Source: Escherichia coli
Lineage (GTDB): Bacteria; Pseudomonadota; Gammaproteobacteria; Enterobacterales; Enterobacteriaceae
Assembly (NCBI RefSeq): GCF_003334385.1
Contig: NZ_QOWN01000009.1
DNA length: 64,000 nucleotides
Strand: one strand, 5' to 3'
The position numbers and the translations under genes are program-made. The stretch's first letter is position 1; every line of letters starts with the position of its first letter. Positions 19,858 through 39,105 of the stretch are shown piece after piece. A model generated the notes under the pieces. The model made no database searches. It was not told the origin of the DNA and was given only the letters and a program-made list of their open reading frames with translations.

Positions 19858-21153
19858 ATGGTTAGTTTAGAGAAGAACGATCACTTAATGTTGGCGCGCC
19901 AGCTGCCATTGAAATCTGTTGCCCTGATACTGGCGGGAGGACGTGGTACCCGCCTGAAGGATTTAACCAATAAGCGAGCAAAACCGGCCGTACACTTCGG
20001 CGGTAAGTTCCGCATTATCGACTTTGCGCTGTCTAACTGCATCAACTCCGGGATCCGTCGTATGGGCGTGATCACCCAGTACCAGTCCCACACTCTGGTG
20101 CAGCACATTCAGCGCGGCTGGTCATTCTTCAATGAAGAAATGAACGAGTTTGTCGATCTGCTGCCAGCACAGCAGAGAATGAAAGGGGAAAACTGGTATC
20201 GCGGCACCGCAGATGCGGTCACCCAAAACCTCGACATTATCCGCCGTTATAAAGCGGAATACGTGGTGATCCTGGCGGGCGACCATATCTACAAGCAAGA
20301 CTACTCGCGTATGCTTATCGATCACGTCGAAAAAGGCGCACGTTGCACCGTTGCTTGTATGCCAGTACCGATTGAAGAAGCCTCCGCATTTGGCGTTATG
20401 GCGGTTGATGAGAACGATAAAATTATCGAATTCGTTGAAAAACCTGCTAACCCGCCGTCAATGCCGAACGATCCGAGCAAATCTCTGGCGAGTATGGGTA
20501 TCTACGTCTTTGACGCCGACTATCTGTATGAACTGCTGGAAGAAGACGATCGCGATGAGAACTCCAGCCACGACTTTGGCAAAGATTTGATTCCCAAGAT
20601 CACCGAAGCCGGTCTGGCCTATGCGCACCCGTTCCCGCTCTCTTGCGTACAATCCGACCCGGATGCCGAGCCGTACTGGCGCGATGTGGGTACGCTGGAA
20701 GCTTACTGGAAAGCGAACCTCGATCTGGCCTCTGTGGTGCCGGAACTGGATATGTACGATCGCAATTGGCCAATTCGCACCTACAATGAATCATTACCGC
20801 CAGCGAAATTCGTGCAGGATCGCTCCGGTAGCCACGGGATGACCCTTAACTCACTGGTTTCCGGCGGTTGTGTGATCTCCGGTTCGGTGGTGGTGCAGTC
20901 CGTTCTGTTCTCGCGCGTTCGCGTGAATTCATTCTGCAACATTGATTCCGCCGTATTGTTACCGGAAGTATGGGTAGGTCGCTCGTGCCGTCTGCGCCGC
21001 TGCGTCATCGATCGTGCTTGTGTTATTCCGGAAGGCATGGTGATTGGTGAAAACGCAGAGGAAGATGCACGTCGTTTCTATCGTTCAGAAGAAGGCATCG
21101 TGCTGGTAACGCGCGAAATGCTACGGAAGTTAGGGCATAAACAGGAGCGATAA
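19858..21153 (+). CDS. glgC: glucose-1-phosphate adenylyltransferase GlgC
   Basis: 431 aa from [33 protein letters not shown]; the ORF-track start 19822 was rejected. Confidence 0.95.
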
Positions 21154-22586
21154 TGCAGGTTTTACATGTATGTTCAGAGATGTTCCCGCTGCTTAAAACC
21201 GGCGGTCTGGCTGATGTTATTGGGGCATTACCCGCAGCACAAATCGCAGACGGCGTTGACGCTCGCGTACTGTTGCCTGCATTTCCCGATATTCGCCGTG
21301 GCGTGACCGATGCGCAGGTAGTATCCCGTCGTGATACCTTCGCCGGACATATCACGCTGTTGTTCGGTCATTACAACGGGGTTGGCATTTACCTGATTGA
21401 CGCGCCGCATCTCTATGATCGTCCGGGAAGCCCGTATCACGATACCAACTTATTTGCCTATACCGACAACGTATTGCGTTTTGCGCTGCTGGGGTGGGTT
21501 GGGGCAGAAATGGCCAGCGGGCTTGACCCATTCTGGCGTCCTGATGTGGTGCATGCGCACGACTGGCATGCAGGCCTTGCGCCTGCGTATCTGGCGGCGC
21601 GCGGGCGTCCGGCGAAGTCGGTGTTTACTGTGCACAACCTGGCCTATCAAGGCATGTTTTATGCACATCACATGAATGACATCCAATTGCCATGGTCATT
21701 CTTTAATATTCATGGGCTGGAATTCAACGGACAAATCTCTTTCCTGAAGGCCGGTCTGTACTATGCCGATCACATTACGGCGGTCAGTCCAACCTACGCT
21801 CGCGAGATCACCGAACCGCAGTTTGCCTACGGTATGGAAGGTCTGTTGCAACAGCGTCACCGTGAAGGGCGTCTTTCCGGCGTACTGAACGGCGTGGACG
21901 AGAAAATCTGGAGTCCAGAGACGGACTTACTGTTGGCCTCGCGTTACACCCGCGATACGTTGGAAGATAAAGCGGAAAATAAGCGCCAGTTACAAATCGC
22001 AATGGGGCTTAAGGTTGACGATAAAGTGCCGCTTTTTGCAGTGGTGAGCCGTCTGACCAGCCAGAAAGGTCTCGACCTGGTGCTGGAAGCCTTACCGGGT
22101 CTTCTGGAGCAGGGCGGGCAGCTGGCGCTACTCGGCGCGGGCGATCCGGTGCTGCAGGAAGGTTTCCTTGCGGCGGCAGCGGAATACCCCGGTCAGGTGG
22201 GCGTTCAGATTGGCTATCACGAAGCATTTTCGCATCGCATTATGGGCGGCGCGGACGTCATTCTGGTGCCCAGCCGTTTTGAACCGTGCGGCTTAACGCA
22301 ACTTTATGGATTGAAGTACGGTACGCTGCCGTTAGTGCGGCGCACCGGTGGGCTTGCTGATACGGTTTCTGACTGTTCTCTTGAGAACCTTGCAGATGGC
22401 GTCGCCAGTGGGTTTGTCTTTGAAGATAGTAATGCCTGGTCGCTGTTACGGGCTATTCGACGTGCTTTTGTACTGTGGTCCCGTCCTTCACTGTGGCGGT
22501 TTGTGCAACGTCAGGCTATGGCAATGGATTTTAGCTGGCAGGTCGCGGCGAAGTCGTACCGTGAGCTTTACTATCGCTTGAAATAG
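21153..22586 (+). CDS. glgA: glycogen synthase GlgA
   Basis: 477 aa, [22 protein letters not shown] (KTGGL motif); TAATG overlap with glgC. Confidence 0.95.
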
Positions 22587-25052
<2,466 letters not shown>

Positions 25053-25067
25053 GTTCACCAATAAATA

Positions 25068-25096
25068 GAACGGGGCCAAAGGGTCCCGTTTTTTTC
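25068..25096 (+). terminator. rho-independent terminator of the glg operon
   Basis: Hairpin acggggccaaagggtcccgt followed by a 7-T run just after the glgP stop. Confidence 0.65.
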
Positions 25097-25168
25097 CGCC
25101 ATCATTTCGGAAAAGTGTCCAGAAGGGGCAAGGGGACTCGGGGAGTATAATTTCACCATTCAAAAAGA

Positions 25169-25462
25169 ATGGAAAGAATAATGCAAAACAGAAAATGGAT
25201 TTTGACCTCGCTGGTAATGACTTTTTTCGGCATCCCCATACTGGCGCAATTTTTGGCGGTGGTTATTGCCATGCTGGGTGTCGGACTTGCCGGTATTATT
25301 GAAGTTTGTAATATCCTTATCACGCCAACAATTTACCTTCTGCTCAAAATTTTTATGCTGGCGCTGGGCGCATTAATGCTATTTTTCTCGGGGCGAGTGG
25401 GGAACGTGCCTGAGTTTTGTTACGTTGGGTATGATGGCGTGGGCTTTGCGGTAATTCCCTGA
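25169..25462 (+). CDS. yzgL: small hydrophobic ORF (YzgL-like), uncertain
   Basis: 97-aa ORF with predicted transmembrane segments between glgP and glpD; the annotation status of this ORF in K-12 is doubtful, as far as I recall. Confidence 0.4.
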   Translation: MERIMQNRKWILTSLVMTFFGIPILAQFLAVVIAMLGVGLAGIIEVCNILITPTIYLLLKIFMLALGALMLFFSGRVGNVPEFCYVGYDGVGFAVIP

Positions 25463-25504
25463 ATTAAAAAGTAGGTTAGATTTTTGACAAAGTGCGCTTT
25501 GTTC

Positions 25505-25606
25505 ATGCCGGATGCGACGTGAACGTCTTATCTGGCCTACAAGACCATGCAAATTCAATATATTGCATAAACCACGTAGGCCTGATAAGCGTAGCGCATC
25601 AGGCAG
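25505..25606. repeat. REP/BIME extragenic palindromes
   Basis: Inverted pair gccggatgcgacgtgaacgtcttatctggcctac ... gtaggcctgataagcgtagcgcatcaggc, typical E. coli REP units between convergent gene ends. Confidence 0.7.
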
Positions 25607-25667
25607 TTTTGTGTTTGTCATCAGTCTCAGGCCAGATTGAAATCTGACCTGATCACCTTACGTTAAT

Positions 25668-27173
25668 TTACGACGCCAGCGATAACCTCTGCTGCGTATA
25701 CTCCACCAGCCACTGACTCACACGAGATTGTTGATCCGCATTTAGCCACATGCCTTGTTTTGTGCGACGCCACAGGGCGTCGTCGGCGCGGCGGACCCAT
25801 TCGTGATCCACCAGGTATTTCAGCTCCGCTTCGTAGAACTCATGACCGAAATCTTCCCCGAGATCGCTTACCGTTCCCGCATTGCCGAGCAGCAGCTCGC
25901 TGTTGCTGCCGTAAGTGCGAGCGTAATGACGCGCCAGCGATTCAGTCAGGAACGGATAGCGGCGGCGCAGGCGAGCGGCATAATCGTCGCGGTCGCCTTC
26001 AATGGCGCCACCCGGTAGCACACTCTCTTTCGTCCATGCCGGGCCAATACCCTGATAATACGGCGTTAGTTTTTCCAGCGCATGTTCCGCCAGTTTTCGG
26101 TAGGTGGTCAGCTTACCGCCGAATACCGACAGCAGCGGTGCTTTGCCATTTTCATCATGAATATCAAGGGTGTAATCACGGGTAATAGCCTGCGGCGAGT
26201 CGGACTCATCATCACACAGCGGACGCACACCGGAGTAGGTCCAGACGATATCGTCACGGCTTAACTGCTTTTTAAAGTGCGTGTTATACACATTCAGCAG
26301 GTAATTGATTTCACTCTCTTCAATCTTCACCGCTTTCGGATCGCCTTTGTACTCGACATCGGTAGTGCCGATGATGGAAAACTCGTCCATCCACGGGATC
26401 ACGAACACAATACGTTTATCTTCGTTTTGCAGAATGTAGGCTTGCTTCTGGGTATGCACGCGCGGCACCACAATATGGCTGCCTTTGATCAGGCGAATGC
26501 CATAAGGCGAAGGCAGATGCATCCCGTCGTCGAAGAACTGTTTCACCCACGGGCCGGTGGCGTTAACCAAGCCGCGCGCTTGCCAGCTATATTTTTTGCC
26601 GGTATCGATATCTTCCGCTTCCACAATCCACAGGCCGTTTTCGCGGCGAGCAGAGGTGGCGCGAGTCCGAGTAAGCACTTCGCCGCCTTTACGCACCACC
26701 ATCTGGGCGTTGGCGAGTACCAGACGGGCGTCGTCTACCCAACAGTCAGAATATTCGAATCCGCGCTTAATTTCCGGTTTTAACACTGAATTTGCGCCAA
26801 AACGCAAACCAGTTGATCCCGGCAAGCAGGTGCGTTTACCCAGATGATCGTACATAAACAGACCAATGCGAATCATCCACGCCGGGCGCAGATGCGGACG
26901 ATGTGGCAGGCGAAAACGCATCGGGAAGGCGATATGCGGGGCCATTTTCAGCAGCACTTCACGTTCAGCCAGCGCCTCGCTGACCAGGCGGAATTCATAG
27001 TGCTCAAGGTAGCGCAGGCCACCGTGAATGAGTTTTGAACTGGCGGAAGAGGTCGCGCAAGCGAGATCCTGCGCCTCCAGCATCAGCACGGATAAACCGC
27101 GTCCAGCGGCGTCTGCCGCGATACCAGCACCATTGATGCCGCCCCCTATCACAATCAGATCTTTGGTTTCCAT
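25668..27173 (-). CDS. glpD: aerobic glycerol-3-phosphate dehydrogenase GlpD
   Basis: 501 aa from METKDLIVIGGGINGAGIA (FAD-binding GxGxxG); the ORF-track start 27188 was rejected. Confidence 0.95.
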   Translation of the reverse strand: METKDLIVIGGGINGAGIAADAAGRGLSVLMLEAQDLACATSSASSKLIHGGLRYLEHYEFRLVSEALAEREVLLKMAPHIAFPMRFRLPHRPHLRPAWMIRIGLFMYDHLGKRTCLPGSTGLRFGANSVLKPEIKRGFEYSDCWVDDARLVLANAQMVVRKGGEVLTRTRATSARRENGLWIVEAEDIDTGKKYSWQARGLVNATGPWVKQFFDDGMHLPSPYGIRLIKGSHIVVPRVHTQKQAYILQNEDKRIVFVIPWMDEFSIIGTTDVEYKGDPKAVKIEESEINYLLNVYNTHFKKQLSRDDIVWTYSGVRPLCDDESDSPQAITRDYTLDIHDENGKAPLLSVFGGKLTTYRKLAEHALEKLTPYYQGIGPAWTKESVLPGGAIEGDRDDYAARLRRRYPFLTESLARHYARTYGSNSELLLGNAGTVSDLGEDFGHEFYEAELKYLVDHEWVRRADDALWRRTKQGMWLNADQQSRVSQWLVEYTQQRLSLAS

Positions 27174-27206
27174 GCTGCCCTCATTCACTTTCGTTAAAGC
27201 TCATAA

Positions 27207-27224
27207 ATGTTCGTTATCGAACAT
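27207..27224. promoter_or_regulatory. perfect palindrome, candidate GlpR operator in the glpD/glpE divergent control region
   Basis: atgttcgttatcgaacat is an 18-bp perfect inverted repeat located 34-51 bp upstream of the glpD start codon. Confidence 0.5.
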
Positions 27225-27284
27225 ATTAGCAAAGAATCGCGCTTTAGGTAACATTGAAAAAACATTTTAGAGTGATATGTATAA

Positions 27285-27689
<405 letters not shown>

Positions 27690-27721
27690 CGCTTTATACT
27701 GTCCCCTTTTGTGTGGAATAA

Positions 27722-28564
<843 letters not shown>

Positions 28565-28580
28565 TTCCAGGGATTTATAA

Positions 28581-29339
28581 ATGAAACAAACACAACGTCA
28601 CAACGGTATTATCGAACTGGTTAAACAGCAGGGTTATGTCAGTACCGAAGAGCTGGTAGAGCATTTCTCCGTCAGCCCGCAGACTATTCGCCGCGACCTC
28701 AATGAGCTGGCGGAGCAAAACCTGATCCTGCGCCATCATGGCGGTGCGGCGCTGCCTTCCAGTTCGGTTAACACGCCGTGGCACGATCGCAAGGCCACCC
28801 AGACCGAAGAAAAAGAGCGCATCGCCCGCAAAGTGGCGGAGCAAATCCCCAATGGCTCGACGCTGTTTATCGATATCGGCACCACGCCGGAAGCGGTAGC
28901 GCACGCACTGCTCAATCACAGCAATTTGCGCATTGTCACCAACAATCTCAACGTTGCTAACACGTTGATGGTAAAAGAAGATTTTCGCATCATTCTCGCC
29001 GGTGGCGAATTACGCAGCCGCGATGGCGGGATCATTGGCGAAGCGACGCTCGATTTTATCTCCCAGTTCCGCCTTGATTTCGGCATTCTGGGGATAAGCG
29101 GCATCGATAGCGACGGCTCGCTGCTGGAGTTCGATTACCACGAAGTTCGCACCAAACGCGCCATTATTGAGAACTCGCGCCACGTTATGCTGGTTGTCGA
29201 TCACTCGAAATTTGGCCGTAACGCGATGGTCAATATGGGCAGCATCAGCATGGTAGATGCCGTCTACACCGACGCCCCGCCGCCAGTAAGCGTGATGCAG
29301 GTGCTGACGGACCACCATATTCAACTGGAGCTGTGCTGA
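28581..29339 (+). CDS. glpR: glycerol-3-phosphate regulon repressor GlpR (DeoR family), intact
   Basis: 252 aa with a DeoR-type N-terminal HTH (QRHNGIIELVKQQGYVSTEELVEHFSVSPQTIRRDL). Confidence 0.93.
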   Translation: MKQTQRHNGIIELVKQQGYVSTEELVEHFSVSPQTIRRDLNELAEQNLILRHHGGAALPSSSVNTPWHDRKATQTEEKERIARKVAEQIPNGSTLFIDIGTTPEAVAHALLNHSNLRIVTNNLNVANTLMVKEDFRIILAGGELRSRDGGIIGEATLDFISQFRLDFGILGISGIDSDGSLLEFDYHEVRTKRAIIENSRHVMLVVDHSKFGRNAMVNMGSISMVDAVYTDAPPPVSVMQVLTDHHIQLELC

Positions 29340-30909
29340 TCCTGCACGGCTTCCCACGTCAGACCAAAACGCGCCAGGTATTTGCGTAGCCGATCCGCGT
29401 CATTGACGCTGGCTTTGCCCTGGCGCGAAACGTCAAAAAGCTGGCGTCCGGCTGCGGAAAGCGACTTTGCCTGGCGGCAGATAGCGATAACGTGTTCCAG
29501 TTGCATACGGTCGAAGAGATCGATGTTTTCTGCCTCTGCGCCCAGCAACGCCGTAAGCGCGGAGGGGCGGCTCTCCTGCCAGTTATAGCGCAGACGGTTT
29601 ATCTCATCTTCAACCACGTCCAGAGTGATGCGTCCGCTAGTGGCAAAGGTGGCCATCCGCGTGACGCTGGCAGAAAGTTCGCGAAAGTTACCGCGCCATG
29701 TTGCCTGGGGAGAGGTCGCAAAAGCCAACCAGGCGCGCCGCGCTTCGGTGTTAAAACGCACGCTGTCGCCAGTGAGTGAGGCGTGGCGCTCCACTTCATA
29801 ATCCAGGTTCGGTTCAATATCTTCCTGGCGCTGGCGTAGACCCGGCAGGGTGAAGGTCCAGAGATTGATCCGCGCGTACAGATCTTCGCGAAATTTGCCT
29901 TCGGCAACCAGCTGGCGCAAATCGCGCACCTAAGCTGAAAATCACTGCTCACCTGGCGATCGCTGCCAAACGGGTAAAAGGTTTTCTCTTCAATGGCTTT
30001 CAGCAGCATTGCCTGTTCGTCTGCGCCCAGTTCGCCAATCTCATCAAGAAACAACATTCCGCCGTTGGCGCTGCGTAATAAACCTTCACGAGATTCCCGC
30101 GCCCCGGTAAACGCGCCTTTTACATGACCAAACAGCGTCGACATGGCGGTATCGCCGCGCAGGGTGGCGCAGTTCACTTCCACAAACGCGCCGCTAAACT
30201 GATGCCGCGCCTGTTTTAACTCGAAGATGCGTCGCGCCAGAAATGACTTGCCCGCGCCGGTTGGACCGTTAAGCAGAATCGGCGCGCGGGATTTGATCGC
30301 CACTTTTTCGATCTGCTCAATCATGCGGTTGAAGTGGGGGTTACGCGTGGCAATGCCGGACTTAAGAAAATCAAGCGTTTGCTGGCGTTCCTCGGCAAAG
30401 CGGCTGGCGATGGCGTTATAACGGCTTAAATCGAGATCGATAATCGTTACTTCACCTGGGCCGCGCGGCTGTTCTTTTTTGCGCGGAGGTGAAGATTGTA
30501 TCAGCCGGGCGGGCAGGTAACGCGCTTCTGCCAGCAGAAACCAGCAAATCTGCGCGACGTGGGTACCGGTGGTGATGTGAATTAAATAGTCTTCTTTTTC
30601 TGGCTGAAACTCGTAACCACGGGCGAAATCATGCAGGCAGGCGTAGACCTCTTCGAAATCCCACGGGTTATGCAGTTCAATCTCAACGCTCACCACTTCT
30701 GTTTCTGGCGAAACGCTGGCGATATCGCGTTTAAGCGTTTCAAATAGCGAGCGCGAGCGGGCGTCGTGCAACAATTCCAGTCGATCGATGACCAACGATT
30801 CTTGCTGGCATAAACAGAGTGTCGGACGCCATTTTGACCAGCGCTGACTGCCGCGCCCGGCATAATCCAGTACGGTACCGACAAAGCCAAAAGCCACTGT
30901 TTTACGCAT
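29321..30909 (-). pseudogene. rtcR: sigma-54-dependent activator RtcR, frame-disrupted at about 29929-29932
   Basis: N-terminal ORF 30909..29599 has the CARF-like N-domain and AAA+ Walker A (GPTGAGKS), GAFTGA and Walker B (LFLDEIGEL) motifs but leaves the frame after ...SSDFQL; the C-terminal part (VRDLRQLVAEGKFREDLYARIN... and the HTH) continues in another frame as ORF 29929..29321. Confidence 0.7.
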
Positions 30910-31043
30910 CTTAGATATCCTTATAAAAGACGATATTTCATTATCGGTAAATTGGCTTTGCGGGAAATCTCCGGTTACGGACGTAAAGATATAATCTTTT
31001 TTAAAACAATGAATTAAAAAATTAAGCTGCTTATTTAATTTTC

Positions 31044-31059
31044 TGGCACGACGGTTGCA
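31044..31059 (+). promoter_or_regulatory. sigma-54 (-24/-12) promoter of rtcBA
   Basis: TGGCACgacggTTGCA matches the TGGCAC-N5-TTGCA consensus exactly, about 40 bp upstream of the rtcB start. Confidence 0.8.
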
Positions 31060-31097
31060 ATTATCAGGACAGCAAACAACGAAAAGAGAAAAACAAA

Positions 31098-32324
31098 ATG
31101 AATTACGAATTACTGACCACTGAAAATGCCCCGGTAAAAATGTGGACCAAAGGCGTGCCGGTAGAGGCCGATGCGCGTCAGCAACTTATTAATACGGCGA
31201 AGATGCCGTTTATTTTCAAACATATTGCGGTAATGCCTGATGTACACCTGGGTAAAGGTTCCACCATTGGTAGCGTGATCCCGACCAAAGGGGCGATTAT
31301 TCCGGCGGCGGTGGGCGTGGATATTGGCTGTGGAATGAACGCGCTGCGTACCGCGTTAACGGCGGAAGACCTGCCTGAAAACCTGGCAGAGCTGCGTCAG
31401 GCGATTGAAACGGCCGTGCCGCACGGGCGTACCACTGGCCGTTGTAAACGTGATAAAGGTGCCTGGGAAAATCCACCTGTTAACGTCGATGCTAAATGGG
31501 CTGAGCTTGAAGCCGGTTATCAGTGGTTAACGCAAAAATATCCCCGTTTCCTGAATACCAATAACTATAAACACCTGGGAACGCTGGGAACCGGTAACCA
31601 CTTTATTGAAATCTGCCTTGATGAGTCGGACCAGGTGTGGATTATGCTGCACTCCGGTTCACGCGGAATTGGTAACGCCATCGGGACTTACTTTATCGAT
31701 CTGGCACAAAAAGAGATGCAGGAAACGCTTGAGACGTTGCCGTCGCGTGATCTGGCGTACTTTATGGAAGGTACGGAATACTTTGATGATTACCTGAAAG
31801 CCGTGGCCTGGGCGCAGCTTTTTGCCAGCCTTAACCGCGATGCGATGATGGAAAACGTGGTAACGGCATTGCAGAGCATTACGCAGAAAACGGTCAGACA
31901 GCCACAAACGCTGGCGATGGAAGAGATCAACTGTCACCACAACTATGTGCAAAAAGAACAGCACTTTGGTGAAGAGATCTACGTGACGCGTAAAGGCGCG
32001 GTGTCTGCGCGTGCTGGTCAATATGGAATTATTCCCGGTTCGATGGGAGCAAAAAGCTTTATCGTCCGTGGGCTGGGAAATGAAGAGTCGTTCTGTTCGT
32101 GCAGCCACGGTGCCGGGCGGGTAATGAGCCGAACTAAAGCGAAAAAACTGTTCAGCGTGGAAGATCAAATTCGTGCCACCGCGCATGTGGAATGCCGTAA
32201 AGATGCCGAAGTGATCGACGAAATCCCGATGGCGTATAAAGATATTGATGCGGTGATGGCGGCACAAAGCGATCTGGTGGAAGTTATCTATACCCTGCGT
32301 CAGGTGGTGTGCGTAAAAGGATAA
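31098..32324 (+). CDS. rtcB: RNA-splicing ligase RtcB
   Basis: 408 aa with conserved metal-binding motifs (HSGSRGIG ... CHHNY ... SHGAGR). Confidence 0.95.
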   Translation: MNYELLTTENAPVKMWTKGVPVEADARQQLINTAKMPFIFKHIAVMPDVHLGKGSTIGSVIPTKGAIIPAAVGVDIGCGMNALRTALTAEDLPENLAELRQAIETAVPHGRTTGRCKRDKGAWENPPVNVDAKWAELEAGYQWLTQKYPRFLNTNNYKHLGTLGTGNHFIEICLDESDQVWIMLHSGSRGIGNAIGTYFIDLAQKEMQETLETLPSRDLAYFMEGTEYFDDYLKAVAWAQLFASLNRDAMMENVVTALQSITQKTVRQPQTLAMEEINCHHNYVQKEQHFGEEIYVTRKGAVSARAGQYGIIPGSMGAKSFIVRGLGNEESFCSCSHGAGRVMSRTKAKKLFSVEDQIRATAHVECRKDAEVIDEIPMAYKDIDAVMAAQSDLVEVIYTLRQVVCVKG

Positions 32325-33344
<1,020 letters not shown>

Positions 33345-33386
33345 TGCAGAGATGTAAGCCGGATCTGGCGCGTTATCCGGCTAAAC

Positions 33387-36098
<2,712 letters not shown>

Positions 36099-36203
36099 TC
36101 ACTTCACTGTGGAAAATGAGGAAATATTATTTTTTTGCGCTTCGTAATTAATGGTTATAAGGTCGGCCAGAAACCTTTCTAATGCAAGCGATGACGTTTT
36201 TTT

Positions 36204-36232
36204 ATGTGTCTGAATTTGCACTGTGTCACAAT
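36204..36232. promoter_or_regulatory. candidate CRP site in the malT promoter region
   Basis: tgtgtctgaatttgcactgtgtcacaatt contains TGTGA/TCACA-like half-sites about 110-140 bp upstream of the malT start; malT is CRP-dependent by established knowledge. Confidence 0.4.
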
Positions 36233-36597
36233 TCCAAATCTTTATTAACAACTCACCTAAAACGACGCTGATCCAGCGTGAATACTGGTTTCCCTTATGT
36301 TCATCAGATTCATTTAAGCAAGGGTTTCTTCTTCATTCCTGATGAAAGTGCCATCTAAAAAGATGATCTTAATAAATCTATTAAGAATGAGATGGAGCAC
36401 ACTGGATATTTTACTTATGAAACTGTTTCACTCCTTTACTTAATTTATAGAGTTACCTTCCGCTTTTTGAAAATACGCAACGGCCATTTTTTGCACTTAG
36501 ATACAGATTTTCTGCGCTGTATTGCATTGATTTGATGCTAATCCTGTGGTTTGCACTAGCTTTAAGTGGTTGAGATCACATTTCCTTGCTCATCCCC

Positions 36598-36640
36598 GCA
36601 ACTCCTCCCTGCCTAATCCCCCGCAGGATGAGGAAGGTCA
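36598..36640 (+). promoter_or_regulatory. MalT boxes of the malPQ promoter
   Basis: GGATGAGGA and inverted tcctcc (GGAGGA) hexamers within about 100 bp upstream of malP, matching the MalT box consensus GGA(T/G)GA. Confidence 0.55.
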
Positions 36641-36678
36641 ACATCGAGCCTGGCAAACTAGCGATAACGTTGTGTTGA

Positions 36679-39096
<2,418 letters not shown>

Positions 39097-39105
39097 GGAA
39101 GCTCG

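Noticed and set aside
29599-29928. 110-aa tail of the rtcR N-terminal ORF (RCAICASWLPKANFAK...) as a possible novel C-terminal domain
   Set aside because: It is the out-of-frame reading across the true RtcR C-terminal coding sequence, which is recognisable in the other frame; this is a frameshift artefact, not a new domain.
36233-36597. Small ORFs or an sRNA in the 611-bp malT/malP divergent region
   Set aside because: The region is accounted for by the malT promoter and long leader plus the malPQ promoter with MalT boxes; no ORF with a plausible ribosome-binding site or terminator-bounded transcript was evident.
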